Virus record (IMG/VR): IMGVR_UViG_3300001683_000027
Origin: an uncultured virus (IMG/VR IMGVR_UViG_3300001683_000027)
Taxonomy: Duplodnaviria > Heunggongvirae > Uroviricota > Caudoviricetes
Length of the DNA stretch: 64,000 bases
Reading direction: 5' to 3' (one strand)
The first letter of the stretch is position 1; each line of letters starts with the position of its first letter. Shown one piece after another: positions 45,101 to 54,675 of this stretch. The position numbers and the translations under genes were made by a program. Below the pieces are notes generated by a model. It did not search any database and had not been told where the DNA came from. It saw only the letters and a program-made list of their open reading frames with translations.

Positions 45101-46998
45101 CAGGTGGAATAGCCACGAGGTATGGATTAAATGGTTCGTATGCCGTAGATGCGGGCAGTGGTACTGCTTGGGGAGCGAATATATGGGCTATCGGCACGAG
45201 TTACGATGGTGGTGGAGTCAGTGGCAGCACTTGGACTTCAACTTCACATTATGGTTTAGCTTGGAGAAGGTCCGGTACTGGAGCGCATGCGAGCATTGGT
45301 GAAGGAATATATGTACACCAAAACGGATCATTAGAGGGTGGTATTGGTACCGCAGGTATTTATTCTGCTGCAACTATAACTGCAGCTGGAATTATAACTG
45401 CTACTGGTGGTAACTCAACTGAGTGGAACACTGCCCATGGTTGGGGAGATCATTCAACTGCCGGTTATACAGGCAATCAAGCAGCGGGCGTAGGACTAAG
45501 CGGAACAACAACTCTAGCACTTGATTTAGGGGAACTAACTGTTGGTGGAACCTTAATAGCTGGAGATTATTTAATTGCTGAGAACGGTGGAGCAGATCAT
45601 AGACAACTTATTTCCTCTATCCCTTTATCTATATTCAATAACAACTCATCATGGACTTCTAATGTAGGAACTGTTACTTCTGTCGCGGCAGGCAATGGTC
45701 TGAATTTCACGTCTATTACTGGTTCCGGTTCTGTTACGATGGGAACGCCAGGAACGTTGACTGGTTCTACGTCTAATGGTGTAACAGCAACAAGTCACAC
45801 CCATGCCATTACAACAACAGGCACTGGTAGTATTGTCGCGGCAGTTAGTCCCGCATTAACAGGAACACCAACAGCACCAACTGCGGCGGCCGGCATAAAC
45901 ACAACCCAGATAGCAACTACATCATATGTGCGGGGGGAAATTGTTGCGGCAGGTGGCGGTACTATGTCATCATTTAACGTGCAGAGTAATGGTGGTACTC
46001 AAGTTGCTGTATCGGACGCTGAAGAACTTAACTTTATTAGCGGCACAAACACAACGGCAACAGTAACTAATCAAACTAATCCAACAGTCAGGATAGATGC
46101 AGTTGATACTGTTTATACGCACCCAGTGACTGCGGGAAACAAGCACATACCTTCCGGCGGTAGTGCCCGTCAGGTTCTGACGTATTCAGCACCCGGCACA
46201 GCCGTATGGTCCTCCTCTTCCGGTTCATTGCCTGTAACTATTACCGCTGTCGGCACTACCATGGCAATTAATAACCATTATCAACTGACAGATTCCGCTC
46301 AGACGATGACACTGCCGTCAACTGCCGATTCGGCAGACCACCTAGAACTAAGTGTCCGAGATTTTCGTACCACAACAGTCGCCCGCAATGGTCTGAAGAT
46401 CATGGGACTGTCAGAAGACCTTACTATCGACGTTAACTTTGCTAGTCTGAGTTTCAAATACGTCGATGCGAACTACGGATGGTTTGTTGCACAGAATGCT
46501 AGTTCTGTTGCTGTTGTTGAGACTTCAATTTTTCCTGCAGTGGCAGATAGTGCTACCGTTCCTAATCTAAACATCTCCACGGATACTCATGGTTCTCTAC
46601 CGTTGTCCAGAACTTCTGGTACGCTGGACAGTGCGCAGATTCCTAGTATAGATTTAGGAACAGATACTCATGGGGATATAGTTGACGCAACATTCAGTGG
46701 TACTGTCACAGAAACACAATACAGTCTAACCGGTACTGCTATCGACCAAGCGAATGGTACGATACAATATAAGACACTTAGCGGTAATACAACATTCACC
46801 GAAGCATTACAGGACGGACAATCTATCACATTAATGATAGATGACGGAACTGCCTATACTGTTACTTGGCCTTCTGTAACTTGGATGGGTACTGACAGTG
46901 CTGCGGCCGCGCCAGCATTACAAACAACAGGATACACAGGTGTTGTTTTGTTTCAAATGAACGGAACTGTATACGGTTCTTGTATGAACCCGGCATAA
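42193..46998 (+). CDS. Long tail fibre protein
   Basis: MANDKKFVAKNGL; FEG.AGQLFS..D; GTVTSV repeats; SGLDADLLDG-like; PALTGTPTAPT...TTQIATT; shares modules with 33290; late promoter 42146-42153. Confidence 0.85.
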   Translation: MANDKKFVAKNGLQTQNILFKDSAGGVHNITIQLIDSDVLLFEGDAGQLFSLSDTMDGVIYSVNDISGIPSIEVDADGIIRLAEFTGNVLVGTDSDDGSKFQITGSLRGDSATFDGPLVTSGDILPNVDNTGNLGTALKTWNQGYFTNMVVDGTLTVRTAIDLADNDTIRFGTSDDFWMAFNGTDALMELEGGVTNFKITDNGTDRFTFAKSTGILTATSFNGALTGNASTASAWATGRTITLTGDVTGTSAAWTGSGNISFATAVGNDTHTHGAGNLTGTTLAAVVTASSLTSLGSLTSMTLGGHTMNDIDITSEYSGADDHLMTSAAINARILDFNYTTTSGTVTSVGASGTIQGLTLSGGPITSTGTITLGGSITNMNASNIDTGTIPGARGVSSGSTTSSFVEYNGTVAAAGQFNGGTATPTGSTRLNYSGYFYPTYINLTGSGNTTTAATHYFMEQSGDGYVRPKTLANVKSEIVTSSAVVAGLTFTPYNATNPNSYTSFAETEARSAISVTDTGGEGSLAYNSGSGVITYTGPLPSIGSFPLVVTATGIAMSQSNHYHVSDSAQTMTLPSADSADRIEVSVRGFTNTIVARNGNKIMGLAEDITINVAYSSLTFEFIDSDYGWFVSDTRGDVTIVNSYNGLMDSAQLPSIDINNDTHSILDSARLPSLNLAAGVDTHGDLPLGSRTSGNYVQQGGTGNGLTGSVNSEGGTFTVTMGTPGTLTGATSNGTTAGSHTHAITTNGTGDVVGTGSPIFTGIVTAPDLTLTSLSNQVSEATAVMINGSNVIGTRELGTNAFNSTAFTTNTGTVTSVSGGTGLTSSGGTTPSISHDAHTGDVTGSTGLTIAGDAVTYAKMQNVVADDRILGNVAGAGGIVAELTAAQVRTMINVENGATADQTATEILAAITTVDGSGTGLDADLLDGNEATAFATSGHNHTGTYALIGGDFAQDFNVNNLNVDAGIDVSGGIATRYGLNGSYAVDAGSGTAWGANIWAIGTSYDGGGVSGSTWTSTSHYGLAWRRSGTGAHASIGEGIYVHQNGSLEGGIGTAGIYSAATITAAGIITATGGNSTEWNTAHGWGDHSTAGYTGNQAAGVGLSGTTTLALDLGELTVGGTLIAGDYLIAENGGADHRQLISSIPLSIFNNNSSWTSNVGTVTSVAAGNGLNFTSITGSGSVTMGTPGTLTGSTSNGVTATSHTHAITTTGTGSIVAAVSPALTGTPTAPTAAAGINTTQIATTSYVRGEIVAAGGGTMSSFNVQSNGGTQVAVSDAEELNFISGTNTTATVTNQTNPTVRIDAVDTVYTHPVTAGNKHIPSGGSARQVLTYSAPGTAVWSSSSGSLPVTITAVGTTMAINNHYQLTDSAQTMTLPSTADSADHLELSVRDFRTTTVARNGLKIMGLSEDLTIDVNFASLSFKYVDANYGWFVAQNASSVAVVETSIFPAVADSATVPNLNISTDTHGSLPLSRTSGTLDSAQIPSIDLGTDTHGDIVDATFSGTVTETQYSLTGTAIDQANGTIQYKTLSGNTTFTEALQDGQSITLMIDDGTAYTVTWPSVTWMGTDSAAAAPALQTTGYTGVVLFQMNGTVYGSCMNPA

Positions 46999-47000
46999 TT

Positions 47001-47732
47001 ATGGCATTTTTATCTAGAAAAGCAATGGCAGCAACATTCAAAGGTGTTGGTTTACCTTCGGTGGTTTCGACTGACGCTGAGGGTTGGTGGCATGCAGATG
47101 GTCTTGCGTCCGCGACTTCATGGACAAACTCGGGAACCACTGGTACTGATCTTGACATTGATACTGTGGTCAATTCTTCTGCTAATTTCTCCATATCTAA
47201 TACATTAAATGGTATAGCATGTTGGGATACTGGTGGCACAGGAGGATGTCTTAGAACATCTGGTGCGCCCACCTATAGTATAGACGCCACCTTTTTCATA
47301 GTTTATCAGTGGCAAACGGTTCCAACGACTTATAGATTTATTTATGAAGGTGAGTCAACTACCACATCCGTTCGAAATATCTACTATTATGATCAGGTGA
47401 CGGGTACACAACATGGTTGGAGTGGTGGTACAACACACGGTGCAGGTACTCTATTGCCTGATGGTGATATTCATTGTGTACAACATGACATGCTAAACAG
47501 CGCAGGTACCGATACCATTTGGCAAACCGTAGAAGGTGACCAAGGAACTGGCGGGGCGCATACCTCATGGAGAGGGCTTACCATCGCGGGTTATCCTGGC
47601 GGTCTTTACTTTGCGGATATTAAGATAGGCGAGATGATATTGTTTGATCGATCTGTGACAGCACAGGAAGAAAAGGACATTCGAAAATATCTTATCGCTA
47701 AGTGGGGAACTGTTGGTGCTTGGAATGATTAG
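47001..47732 (+). CDS. LamG-like lectin domain virion protein
   Basis: WWHADG....SW; IGEMILFDR.....E...IRKYL.AKWG; ATG 47001 follows the upstream stop. Confidence 0.7.
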   Translation: MAFLSRKAMAATFKGVGLPSVVSTDAEGWWHADGLASATSWTNSGTTGTDLDIDTVVNSSANFSISNTLNGIACWDTGGTGGCLRTSGAPTYSIDATFFIVYQWQTVPTTYRFIYEGESTTTSVRNIYYYDQVTGTQHGWSGGTTHGAGTLLPDGDIHCVQHDMLNSAGTDTIWQTVEGDQGTGGAHTSWRGLTIAGYPGGLYFADIKIGEMILFDRSVTAQEEKDIRKYLIAKWGTVGAWND

Positions 47733-47776
47733 ATCGAGGATAGTTATAAATAGATGGATACGAATAGGAGAAACAC

Positions 47777-48532
47777 ATGGCAGTCATTAGTTCAAGGCAA
47801 GAATTAATAGATTATTGCTTTAGAAGACTTGGCGAACCTGTGCTGGAAGTTAATGTCGATATAGATCAGGTCGAAGATAAGGTCGATGATGCGCTACAGA
47901 GATACCAAGAATACCATAGTGACGCGACACTAAGATCCTACTTCAAGCATGTAGTGACAGATTCTGATATGACGAATGGTTATATTCCTTTGCCTGCCAG
48001 TATCATCTATGTGTCCCACATGTTTCCTGTTAAGAATTCTTATGGATCAGGAACGGGTATGTTTGATATTCAATATCAGTTCTTTCTAAACAACGTGGGT
48101 GAACTGGGTAATTTTTATGGTGACATGTCATATCTTTATCAGATGGAACAATATCTGAGTATGATCGATATGCAGTTGAACGGAAGTCCTCAAGTACGAT
48201 TCTCGCGAAGACAAAACAAATTGTATATCTTCGGCGACCTTAATGATGGAGATATATCTCTTGGTGACTATTTAGTAATAGAAGTATACCAGATTGTTGA
48301 TCCAGAATCAAATACAAGCGTCTACAATGACATGTGGATCAAAGACTATACTACCGCACTGATCAAAGAACAGTGGGGACTTAACATGATGAAATTTGAT
48401 GGTATGTTACTTCCGGGTGGTGTGACTGTGAACGGACGACAAATGTACGACGATGCTCAGACTGAAATAGAAGCACTGAAAGAATCTATTCGGACAGAAC
48501 AAGAAATGCCCGTGGATTTCTTCGTAGGATGA
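47777..48532 (+). CDS. gp13: Neck protein
   Basis: SRQELIDYC.RRLG.PV.EVNVD..Q.ED..DDALQ...EYH.D; W.KDY.TALIK.QWG.N..KF.G..LPGGVT.NG; late promoter 47745-47752. Confidence 0.95.
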   Translation: MAVISSRQELIDYCFRRLGEPVLEVNVDIDQVEDKVDDALQRYQEYHSDATLRSYFKHVVTDSDMTNGYIPLPASIIYVSHMFPVKNSYGSGTGMFDIQYQFFLNNVGELGNFYGDMSYLYQMEQYLSMIDMQLNGSPQVRFSRRQNKLYIFGDLNDGDISLGDYLVIEVYQIVDPESNTSVYNDMWIKDYTTALIKEQWGLNMMKFDGMLLPGGVTVNGRQMYDDAQTEIEALKESIRTEQEMPVDFFVG

Positions 48533-48593
48533 GAATCATGAAACTACAAGAAATGCGGCGATGCATTTATTACACTTTAACGAGAGAAAAATA

Positions 48594-49070
48594 ATGCCAG
48601 AAGAAATAATGCCACACCAAAAAACACCGGCTCAGTATGGATTAAATGAACTGAATAAAATGAACACGTTCAACGAGTCTCCGAGTTATGAATTCTCGGC
48701 AGAAGGGTTTCGCTTCAGGATAGGGTTTTGGAGAACCCATACGATAGATGCGCCCGAAGTAGGCATTCCATATCTCGCGCTGATCTACTGGACCGCAGAG
48801 GGTTGGGTTGTCTTAGATAAACTTGCACCTTTCTGGAATGATGACCATCTGGTGGGGACTTTCAGTGACGGCAATATCACTGATCAGATTGAAAGTTATT
48901 GCTGGTGGATAGCTAAAGATTTTAACGTAACACTTGAGCAATTTTTACAGGAGAACGCAGTGATCAAAGGAACTGAAGAACCAATACCAGATAGCACTTG
49001 GGGTAAGGTGTTAGCCAGACTGAAGGGCGTGTACATTGACGCAAGGAAACTTATCTTTCCGAAGGAATAG
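48594..49070 (+). CDS. Hypothetical protein inserted between gp13 and gp14
   Basis: Trp-rich ORF; likely ATG 48594 after GAGAG (ORF track starts at 48561). Confidence 0.6.
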   Translation: MPEEIMPHQKTPAQYGLNELNKMNTFNESPSYEFSAEGFRFRIGFWRTHTIDAPEVGIPYLALIYWTAEGWVVLDKLAPFWNDDHLVGTFSDGNITDQIESYCWWIAKDFNVTLEQFLQENAVIKGTEEPIPDSTWGKVLARLKGVYIDARKLIFPKE

Positions 49071-49084
49071 ATGGGAGAAAATAC

Positions 49085-49975
49085 GTGGCAGTAAATAAAT
49101 ACCACAGTAGAGGATCGACAGGCGAACAGAATCTTCTCGAAGATCTGATCATAGAGTCCATACAATTTTACGGGACGGATGTTTACTACATCCCGCGTGA
49201 GTTGGTTAATACTGATCCTATATTTCTAGATGACAACTCTTCTATGTTTCAGAATGCATACAAGATAGAAATGTTCATTGAGAATATTGACGCGTTCGAA
49301 GGCGACCGTGATCTGTTCACTAAGTTTGGTGTAGAGATTCGAGATGCTGCCACATTCATTATGGCGCGTAGAAGGTGGTTGAATACTGTTGCTGCGTTCG
49401 AAGAAACTCAGAACAAGGCATTCTATAGACCACGGGAAGGCGATATAATTTATCTTCCGATGTCAAAGTCTATGTTCCAGATCATGAAGGTCGAGGACGA
49501 AACGCCATTCTATCAGTTGAAGAATCTTCCAACGTTTAGGATGATGTGCGAACTGTTCGAGTACAACGACGAAGATTTCGATACTGGTATCACTGAGATT
49601 GACGATGTGGAGAACTTCGCAGCATTCCAGTATGTGTTATCGCTAGACTCTGCCCAGACTGATTTCGATGTCGGAGAGATTGTTACACAGACAAACTTAG
49701 ACTATAGTATTACGGGACAGGTTGTGAACTGGAACGACTCTGACGATAAACTATACCTCGCGCATGTAAGCACAAGCGATGGAGATTATCACCAGTTTGC
49801 TACTGGCGTAACGGTAACAGGTGGAACAACAGGATCTACTGGTACACCAACATTGGTACAAGAACTGCAGAACATCCAACTAGACGCACAGAACGATACG
49901 TTCGATACAATTCCCGGGTTCGCTGGCGACTTCATTGATTTTACCGAAAGTAATCCGTTCGGAGATCCCCGATAA
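49085..49975 (+). CDS. gp14: Neck protein
   Basis: EQNLLEDLIIESIQFYG.DVYYIPR; KFG.EIRD; RP.EGD.IY.P; PFYQL; DF.ESNPFG. Confidence 0.95.
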   Translation: MAVNKYHSRGSTGEQNLLEDLIIESIQFYGTDVYYIPRELVNTDPIFLDDNSSMFQNAYKIEMFIENIDAFEGDRDLFTKFGVEIRDAATFIMARRRWLNTVAAFEETQNKAFYRPREGDIIYLPMSKSMFQIMKVEDETPFYQLKNLPTFRMMCELFEYNDEDFDTGITEIDDVENFAAFQYVLSLDSAQTDFDVGEIVTQTNLDYSITGQVVNWNDSDDKLYLAHVSTSDGDYHQFATGVTVTGGTTGSTGTPTLVQELQNIQLDAQNDTFDTIPGFAGDFIDFTESNPFGDPR

Positions 49976-50020
49976 TGATCATGATCTCCCAATAAATAGA
50001 ATTTTCAAGGAGAATATAAA

Positions 50021-50806
50021 ATTCTAGGTTCACATTTTTATCATCAACGCATCCGTCGAGCGGTTGCTGTTTTTGGAAGTTTGTTTAATAATATCAATGT
50101 TGTTAGACCAACATCGAATACTGCTTCTCTGAATCAAGTAAAGGTACCGCTGAGTTATGCGCCGAAGAGAAACTTCATTGATCGTATAGCACAGATGGCA
50201 GTGGGTGAAGATAACGAAAGACAGTTGGCAGTCAAACTACCAAGGATGTCATTTGAGATTATCTCCTTCGAATACGATGGACTACGACAATTGCCTAAGA
50301 CTAACAGACGAGTAGTGGGTACTGGTGCGGACAACAGATCAAAATTGTATACATCGGTGCCGTACAGTGTCCAGTTTGAACTGAACGTGTATGCCAAAAC
50401 TCAGGATGATGCGCTCCAGATCGTAGAGCAGATCATGCCTTATTTCAATCCACACTACACAGTGACGGCAGTACCGCTGACAGATTACACCGACATTAAA
50501 GACGATGTGCCGATCACGCTCAACAGTGTGTCCTTTCAGGACGACTATGAAGGTCCATTAGAGCAACGAAGAACCATCATATATACATTGTCGTTTGATA
50601 TGAAAATTTCGTTCTATGGTCCAGTGTATACAGGACCAATTATTCGTCAGGTTGAAGGACAAGTGTATCAACAAGACGCCGGATTGTTGGACAGCGATAT
50701 TTCACTAGTAACATTACAGGTAACACCAACACCAAACGGTGTTAATCCAGATAGCGACTTTGGTTTCAACACAGATATTTTTGCAGCACTAGATAGCGTA
50801 CCATAA
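50021..50806 (+). CDS. gp15: Tail sheath stabiliser / terminator; apparent ATT start
   Basis: (M)LGSHFYHQRIRRAVAVFGSLFNNI; KVPLSYAPK; LPRMSFE; DALQIVEQI.PYF.P; RRTIIYTL.F. Confidence 0.92.
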   Translation: MLGSHFYHQRIRRAVAVFGSLFNNINVVRPTSNTASLNQVKVPLSYAPKRNFIDRIAQMAVGEDNERQLAVKLPRMSFEIISFEYDGLRQLPKTNRRVVGTGADNRSKLYTSVPYSVQFELNVYAKTQDDALQIVEQIMPYFNPHYTVTAVPLTDYTDIKDDVPITLNSVSFQDDYEGPLEQRRTIIYTLSFDMKISFYGPVYTGPIIRQVEGQVYQQDAGLLDSDISLVTLQVTPTPNGVNPDSDFGFNTDIFAALDSVP

Positions 50807-51175
50807 ATGACAGAATATAACGATGAACATGTTGACGCGGATATCATATTCGCGAGAAAACAATACTATGCCCTGTTGGAACAAGGACAAGAAGGTTTGG
50901 ACATGATGATGGAAATCCTAAAATCATCAGAACACCCAAGGTCAGGGGAAGTTTTCGCCCAAATGCTGAAACAGAATGCCGACATCACTGATAAGTTGAT
51001 GGACTTGAACAAGAAAGAGAAGGACATCAAGCAATCAAACTTACCTGCCGTCTCGCAACCAGTTCCTGGCCAGACAGTTAACAACTTGTTTGTAGGAACG
51101 ACAGAAGAACTTCAGCGAATGTTACAAGACAATGACGAAAAGGTAATAGAGGTGACTCCGAATGACGAAACCTGA
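50807..51175 (+). CDS. gp16: Terminase small subunit
   Basis: SEHPRSGEV...M.K..ADI.DKLMDL; NNLFVG.T.ELQ.ML. Confidence 0.9.
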   Translation: MTEYNDEHVDADIIFARKQYYALLEQGQEGLDMMMEILKSSEHPRSGEVFAQMLKQNADITDKLMDLNKKEKDIKQSNLPAVSQPVPGQTVNNLFVGTTEELQRMLQDNDEKVIEVTPNDET

Positions 51176-52805
51176 TATTCTGGATGACACTAAGACTACA
51201 GGCAACGGTTATCTCGGAAATGGTAATGTTAAAAAGAATGGTGTCCAGGAAGCATGGACAGAGGAGAAGATTAAGGAGTACAACAAGTGCCGCTTAGATC
51301 CAAAGTACTTCGCTAAAAATTATTGCCAAGTAATACACCTAGACCATGGTCTTGTTCCTTTCAATCTCTATCCATATCAGGAGGAGATGTTTGAAAACTT
51401 CACTAACGAGCGTTTCAACATTGTACTCGCATGTCGTCAATCAGGAAAAAGCATCGGTTGTTGCGCATATCTTTTATGGTATGCTCTGTTTCATTCAGAA
51501 AAAACAGTGGCAGTTCTGGCGAATAAAGGATTGAACGCTCGTGAGATGTTAGAACGCATTACGTTAATGCTGGAAAACTTACCGTTCTTTCTTCAACCAG
51601 GATGTAAAGCACTCAATAAAGGTAACATAGATTTCTCTAATAACTCTACTATGGTCGCGCGCGCGACGTCTGGTTCATCTATACGTTCTATGTCTGTTAA
51701 CTTACTGTATCTTGATGAGTTTGCTTTTGTCGAAAAGGCAGATACATTCTACACATCAACCTATCCTGTAATCACCTCTGGTAAAACTACTAAGGTTATT
51801 ATCACTTCGACAGCAAATGGTATAGGTAACACGTTCCATAAACTATGGGAAGGATCAGTCCAAGGTACTAACAACTACGCATCTACACGAGTCGATTGGT
51901 GGGATGTGCCGGGAAGAGACGAGGCCTGGAAGAACGAAACGATTGCAAACACTTCACAATTACAGTTCGACCAAGAGTATGGGAATACTTTTTTCGGGAC
52001 AGGCGACACATTAATTAACGCAGAAACGCTGATGTCTTTTAGAACAGCACCGCCCCTGCGTTACATGGATCGTGGTCTTTTCTTAGTATATTCCGAGCCC
52101 TGCGCAGAGCACGAGTACATCATGACCGTTGATGTCTCGAAGGGAAGAGGTCAGGACTATTCTACGTTCAACATAATTGATATTTCGACACGCCCTTTTA
52201 AACAAGTGGCGGTGTACCGGAACAATACTATTTCTCCAATACTCTTCCCTAATGTTATATATAAGTATGCAACTGTCTACAATGAGGCATACGTTGTAAT
52301 AGAAAACAACGATCAAGGTACGGTTGTCTGTAATGGATTATATCTTGACCTTGAATACGAAAACGTCCATGTAACCTCCGCTATAAAGTCCGATGCTATT
52401 GGTATTGATATGAACCGCAAGACGAAACGTCTTGGATGTTCAGCGATCAAAGATATTCTAGAAGAAAGACAACTAGAGATATACGACGAAGAAACTATTA
52501 AAGAAATATCAACATTCGAAGCAAAGCGTCAGTCATACGAAGCGTCAGATGGTAATCACGATGACCTGATGATGAATCTTGTCATGTTTGGATACTTTGC
52601 TAGTACTCAGTTCTTCTCCGATATGACTGATGTCAACCTCAAACAAATTCTATTCCAAGAAAAGGTTAGGCAGATAGAACAAGACATTGTACCGTTTGGT
52701 TTTATTGATAACGGTGACGACTACATTGAAGAACTAGAGTGGGAAAGAAAGAACAGAGAAGATCGCGAGAATTGGTTGATTAGTGACAATTACAATGTTT
52801 TCTAG
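51162..52805 (+). CDS. gp17: Terminase large subunit
   Basis: RQSGKS Walker A; LYLDEFAF Walker B; TSTANG; VDVSKGRGQDYS; HDDL.M. Confidence 0.97.
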   Translation: MTKPDILDDTKTTGNGYLGNGNVKKNGVQEAWTEEKIKEYNKCRLDPKYFAKNYCQVIHLDHGLVPFNLYPYQEEMFENFTNERFNIVLACRQSGKSIGCCAYLLWYALFHSEKTVAVLANKGLNAREMLERITLMLENLPFFLQPGCKALNKGNIDFSNNSTMVARATSGSSIRSMSVNLLYLDEFAFVEKADTFYTSTYPVITSGKTTKVIITSTANGIGNTFHKLWEGSVQGTNNYASTRVDWWDVPGRDEAWKNETIANTSQLQFDQEYGNTFFGTGDTLINAETLMSFRTAPPLRYMDRGLFLVYSEPCAEHEYIMTVDVSKGRGQDYSTFNIIDISTRPFKQVAVYRNNTISPILFPNVIYKYATVYNEAYVVIENNDQGTVVCNGLYLDLEYENVHVTSAIKSDAIGIDMNRKTKRLGCSAIKDILEERQLEIYDEETIKEISTFEAKRQSYEASDGNHDDLMMNLVMFGYFASTQFFSDMTDVNLKQILFQEKVRQIEQDIVPFGFIDNGDDYIEELEWERKNREDRENWLISDNYNVF

Positions 52806-52822
52806 CGTCAACTATTGTTTTT

Positions 52823-52830
52823 TATAAATA
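52823..52830 (+). promoter_or_regulatory. T4-type late promoter
   Basis: TATAAATA upstream of gp18. Confidence 0.85.
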
Positions 52831-52899
52831 ATTCATTGAGATTACGATCCGTATTATGAAACCCCTTATTATTAGCTAATAGAGAAAGGAATAACAATC

Positions 52900-54660
52900 A
52901 TGGCACTTAACACTTCATTGTCTCCTGCCATTACAATCCGAGAAGTCGACCTATCAGGTGTTGTACCTGCTACACAAACTTCAATCGGTGCGTTTGTCGG
53001 AGAGTTCAATTGGGGCCCTGTGGATGAACCAATTCTGATAGATAACGAAGGAACCTTGGTTACTAGATTTGGTACTCCCAGCGCAACAAGCGCAGATGAA
53101 TTTCTGTCTGCCGCTTCATTTTTACGATATTCACAAAGTCTTCAGGTAGTTCGGACAATTGATGACGACGCAACAACTGGTGGTAAAAACGCTTACGATA
53201 CTGTAGCGACTACCCTAGCAGCTGCATCACGTCCTCTTGTCAAGAACGCTGATGCCTTTGACACACAATCAGCAGCACTTAATTCTGATGGTCACACATT
53301 CATCTCGCGATATGCTGGTGCTAGTGGTTCTAGTCTTAGTATACAAATTTGTCCTACGTCGGTTGCAGATTCTGCATACAATGCCTGGACATACAATAAC
53401 GAGTTTGATGCTGCGCCTGGAACATCTACCTTTGTTTCAAGCGTAAGCGGTAGCAACGACGAGATGCACGTCGTCGTTATAGACGACAACGGTCTTATTT
53501 CTGGTACAGTTGGCGCTGTTCTTGAGAAGTTTGCCTACGTATCGGCTGCGACAGACGCAAAGACAACAGACGGAACTGCTAACCATGTCCTTGATGTTGT
53601 TAGAAATCGTTCTGAGTATGTTCATGCGGTAAGTCTTAATCAAGACTCTGATGGTGGTGCTACGTCTTTCACATTGACTGGTGCGGCGAATACTGACTTT
53701 ATTCTTACCGACGACAATGTGAAAACATATTCTCTTGGAAACGGAGAACTTGGTAGTGCTATTAGCACCGCTGATTATCTACTTGGTTTCGACCAGTTCG
53801 AGAATGTTGAAGAGATTACAGTTGATTTCTTGATTGCTCCAGGTTTGTCTCTAGAAGCAGATCAAACTACAGTTGTCAACGATTTGATTGCGACTGCTGC
53901 TACAATCCGTAAGGACTGTGTTGTTGTCGCTTCTCCGAATCGGGCATCAGTTGTTGGTAATGCAGCAACAAGCATTGTGACTGATACTGTTACTTTCGCT
54001 GATACGCTTACTGCTTCTTCATACCTCTTTTTAGATAACAACTATCTGAAAGTGTATGATAAGTACAACGATCAGTATGTTACAATTCCTGCTGCAGCGA
54101 GTACTGCTGGAATCATGGCCAATACCGATAGGGTTGCTGCTTCTTGGCACTCACCTGCAGGTAATCGTCGTGGTAATTATCTTGGTATTACTTCATTGGC
54201 ATACTCTGCTTCGAAGTCACAAAGAGATACATTGTACAAGAATGGAATTAACCCAGTGGTTAATATTCCAGGACAGGGACCGATTCTATTTGGCGATAAG
54301 ACCAAAGAATCACGTCCGTCAGCCTTTGATCGTATTAACGTTCGAAGACTGTTCCTAACAATCGAACGCGCTATTGGTGCAGCTGCCAGAAACGTTATGT
54401 TCGAATTCAATGACGAGTTCACAAGAGCAGAATTCGTTGGTATCGTCGAACCATTCCTACGTCAAGTCCAAGGACAACGTGGTATCTCGGACTTCCGAGT
54501 GGTTTGTGATGAGACCAACAATACCTCAGCGGTCGTTGATAGAAATGAGTTTGTGTTTGACGTCTTCGTTAAACCAGCACGTTCTATTAACTACGTTATT
54601 CTGAACTTTGTTGCTGTTCGTTCTGGTGTTGACTTCTCTGAAGTCGTTGGCACAGTTTAA
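52900..54660 (+). CDS. gp18: Tail sheath protein
   Basis: SP.I.IREVDLS; F.WGPV; SPAG.RRG; RD.LY..GINP; GDKT...PSAFDRINVRRLF; KPARSIN. Confidence 0.97.
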   Translation: MALNTSLSPAITIREVDLSGVVPATQTSIGAFVGEFNWGPVDEPILIDNEGTLVTRFGTPSATSADEFLSAASFLRYSQSLQVVRTIDDDATTGGKNAYDTVATTLAAASRPLVKNADAFDTQSAALNSDGHTFISRYAGASGSSLSIQICPTSVADSAYNAWTYNNEFDAAPGTSTFVSSVSGSNDEMHVVVIDDNGLISGTVGAVLEKFAYVSAATDAKTTDGTANHVLDVVRNRSEYVHAVSLNQDSDGGATSFTLTGAANTDFILTDDNVKTYSLGNGELGSAISTADYLLGFDQFENVEEITVDFLIAPGLSLEADQTTVVNDLIATAATIRKDCVVVASPNRASVVGNAATSIVTDTVTFADTLTASSYLFLDNNYLKVYDKYNDQYVTIPAAASTAGIMANTDRVAASWHSPAGNRRGNYLGITSLAYSASKSQRDTLYKNGINPVVNIPGQGPILFGDKTKESRPSAFDRINVRRLFLTIERAIGAAARNVMFEFNDEFTRAEFVGIVEPFLRQVQGQRGISDFRVVCDETNNTSAVVDRNEFVFDVFVKPARSINYVILNFVAVRSGVDFSEVVGTV

Positions 54661-54675
54661 TAAAGGAGAATAAAA

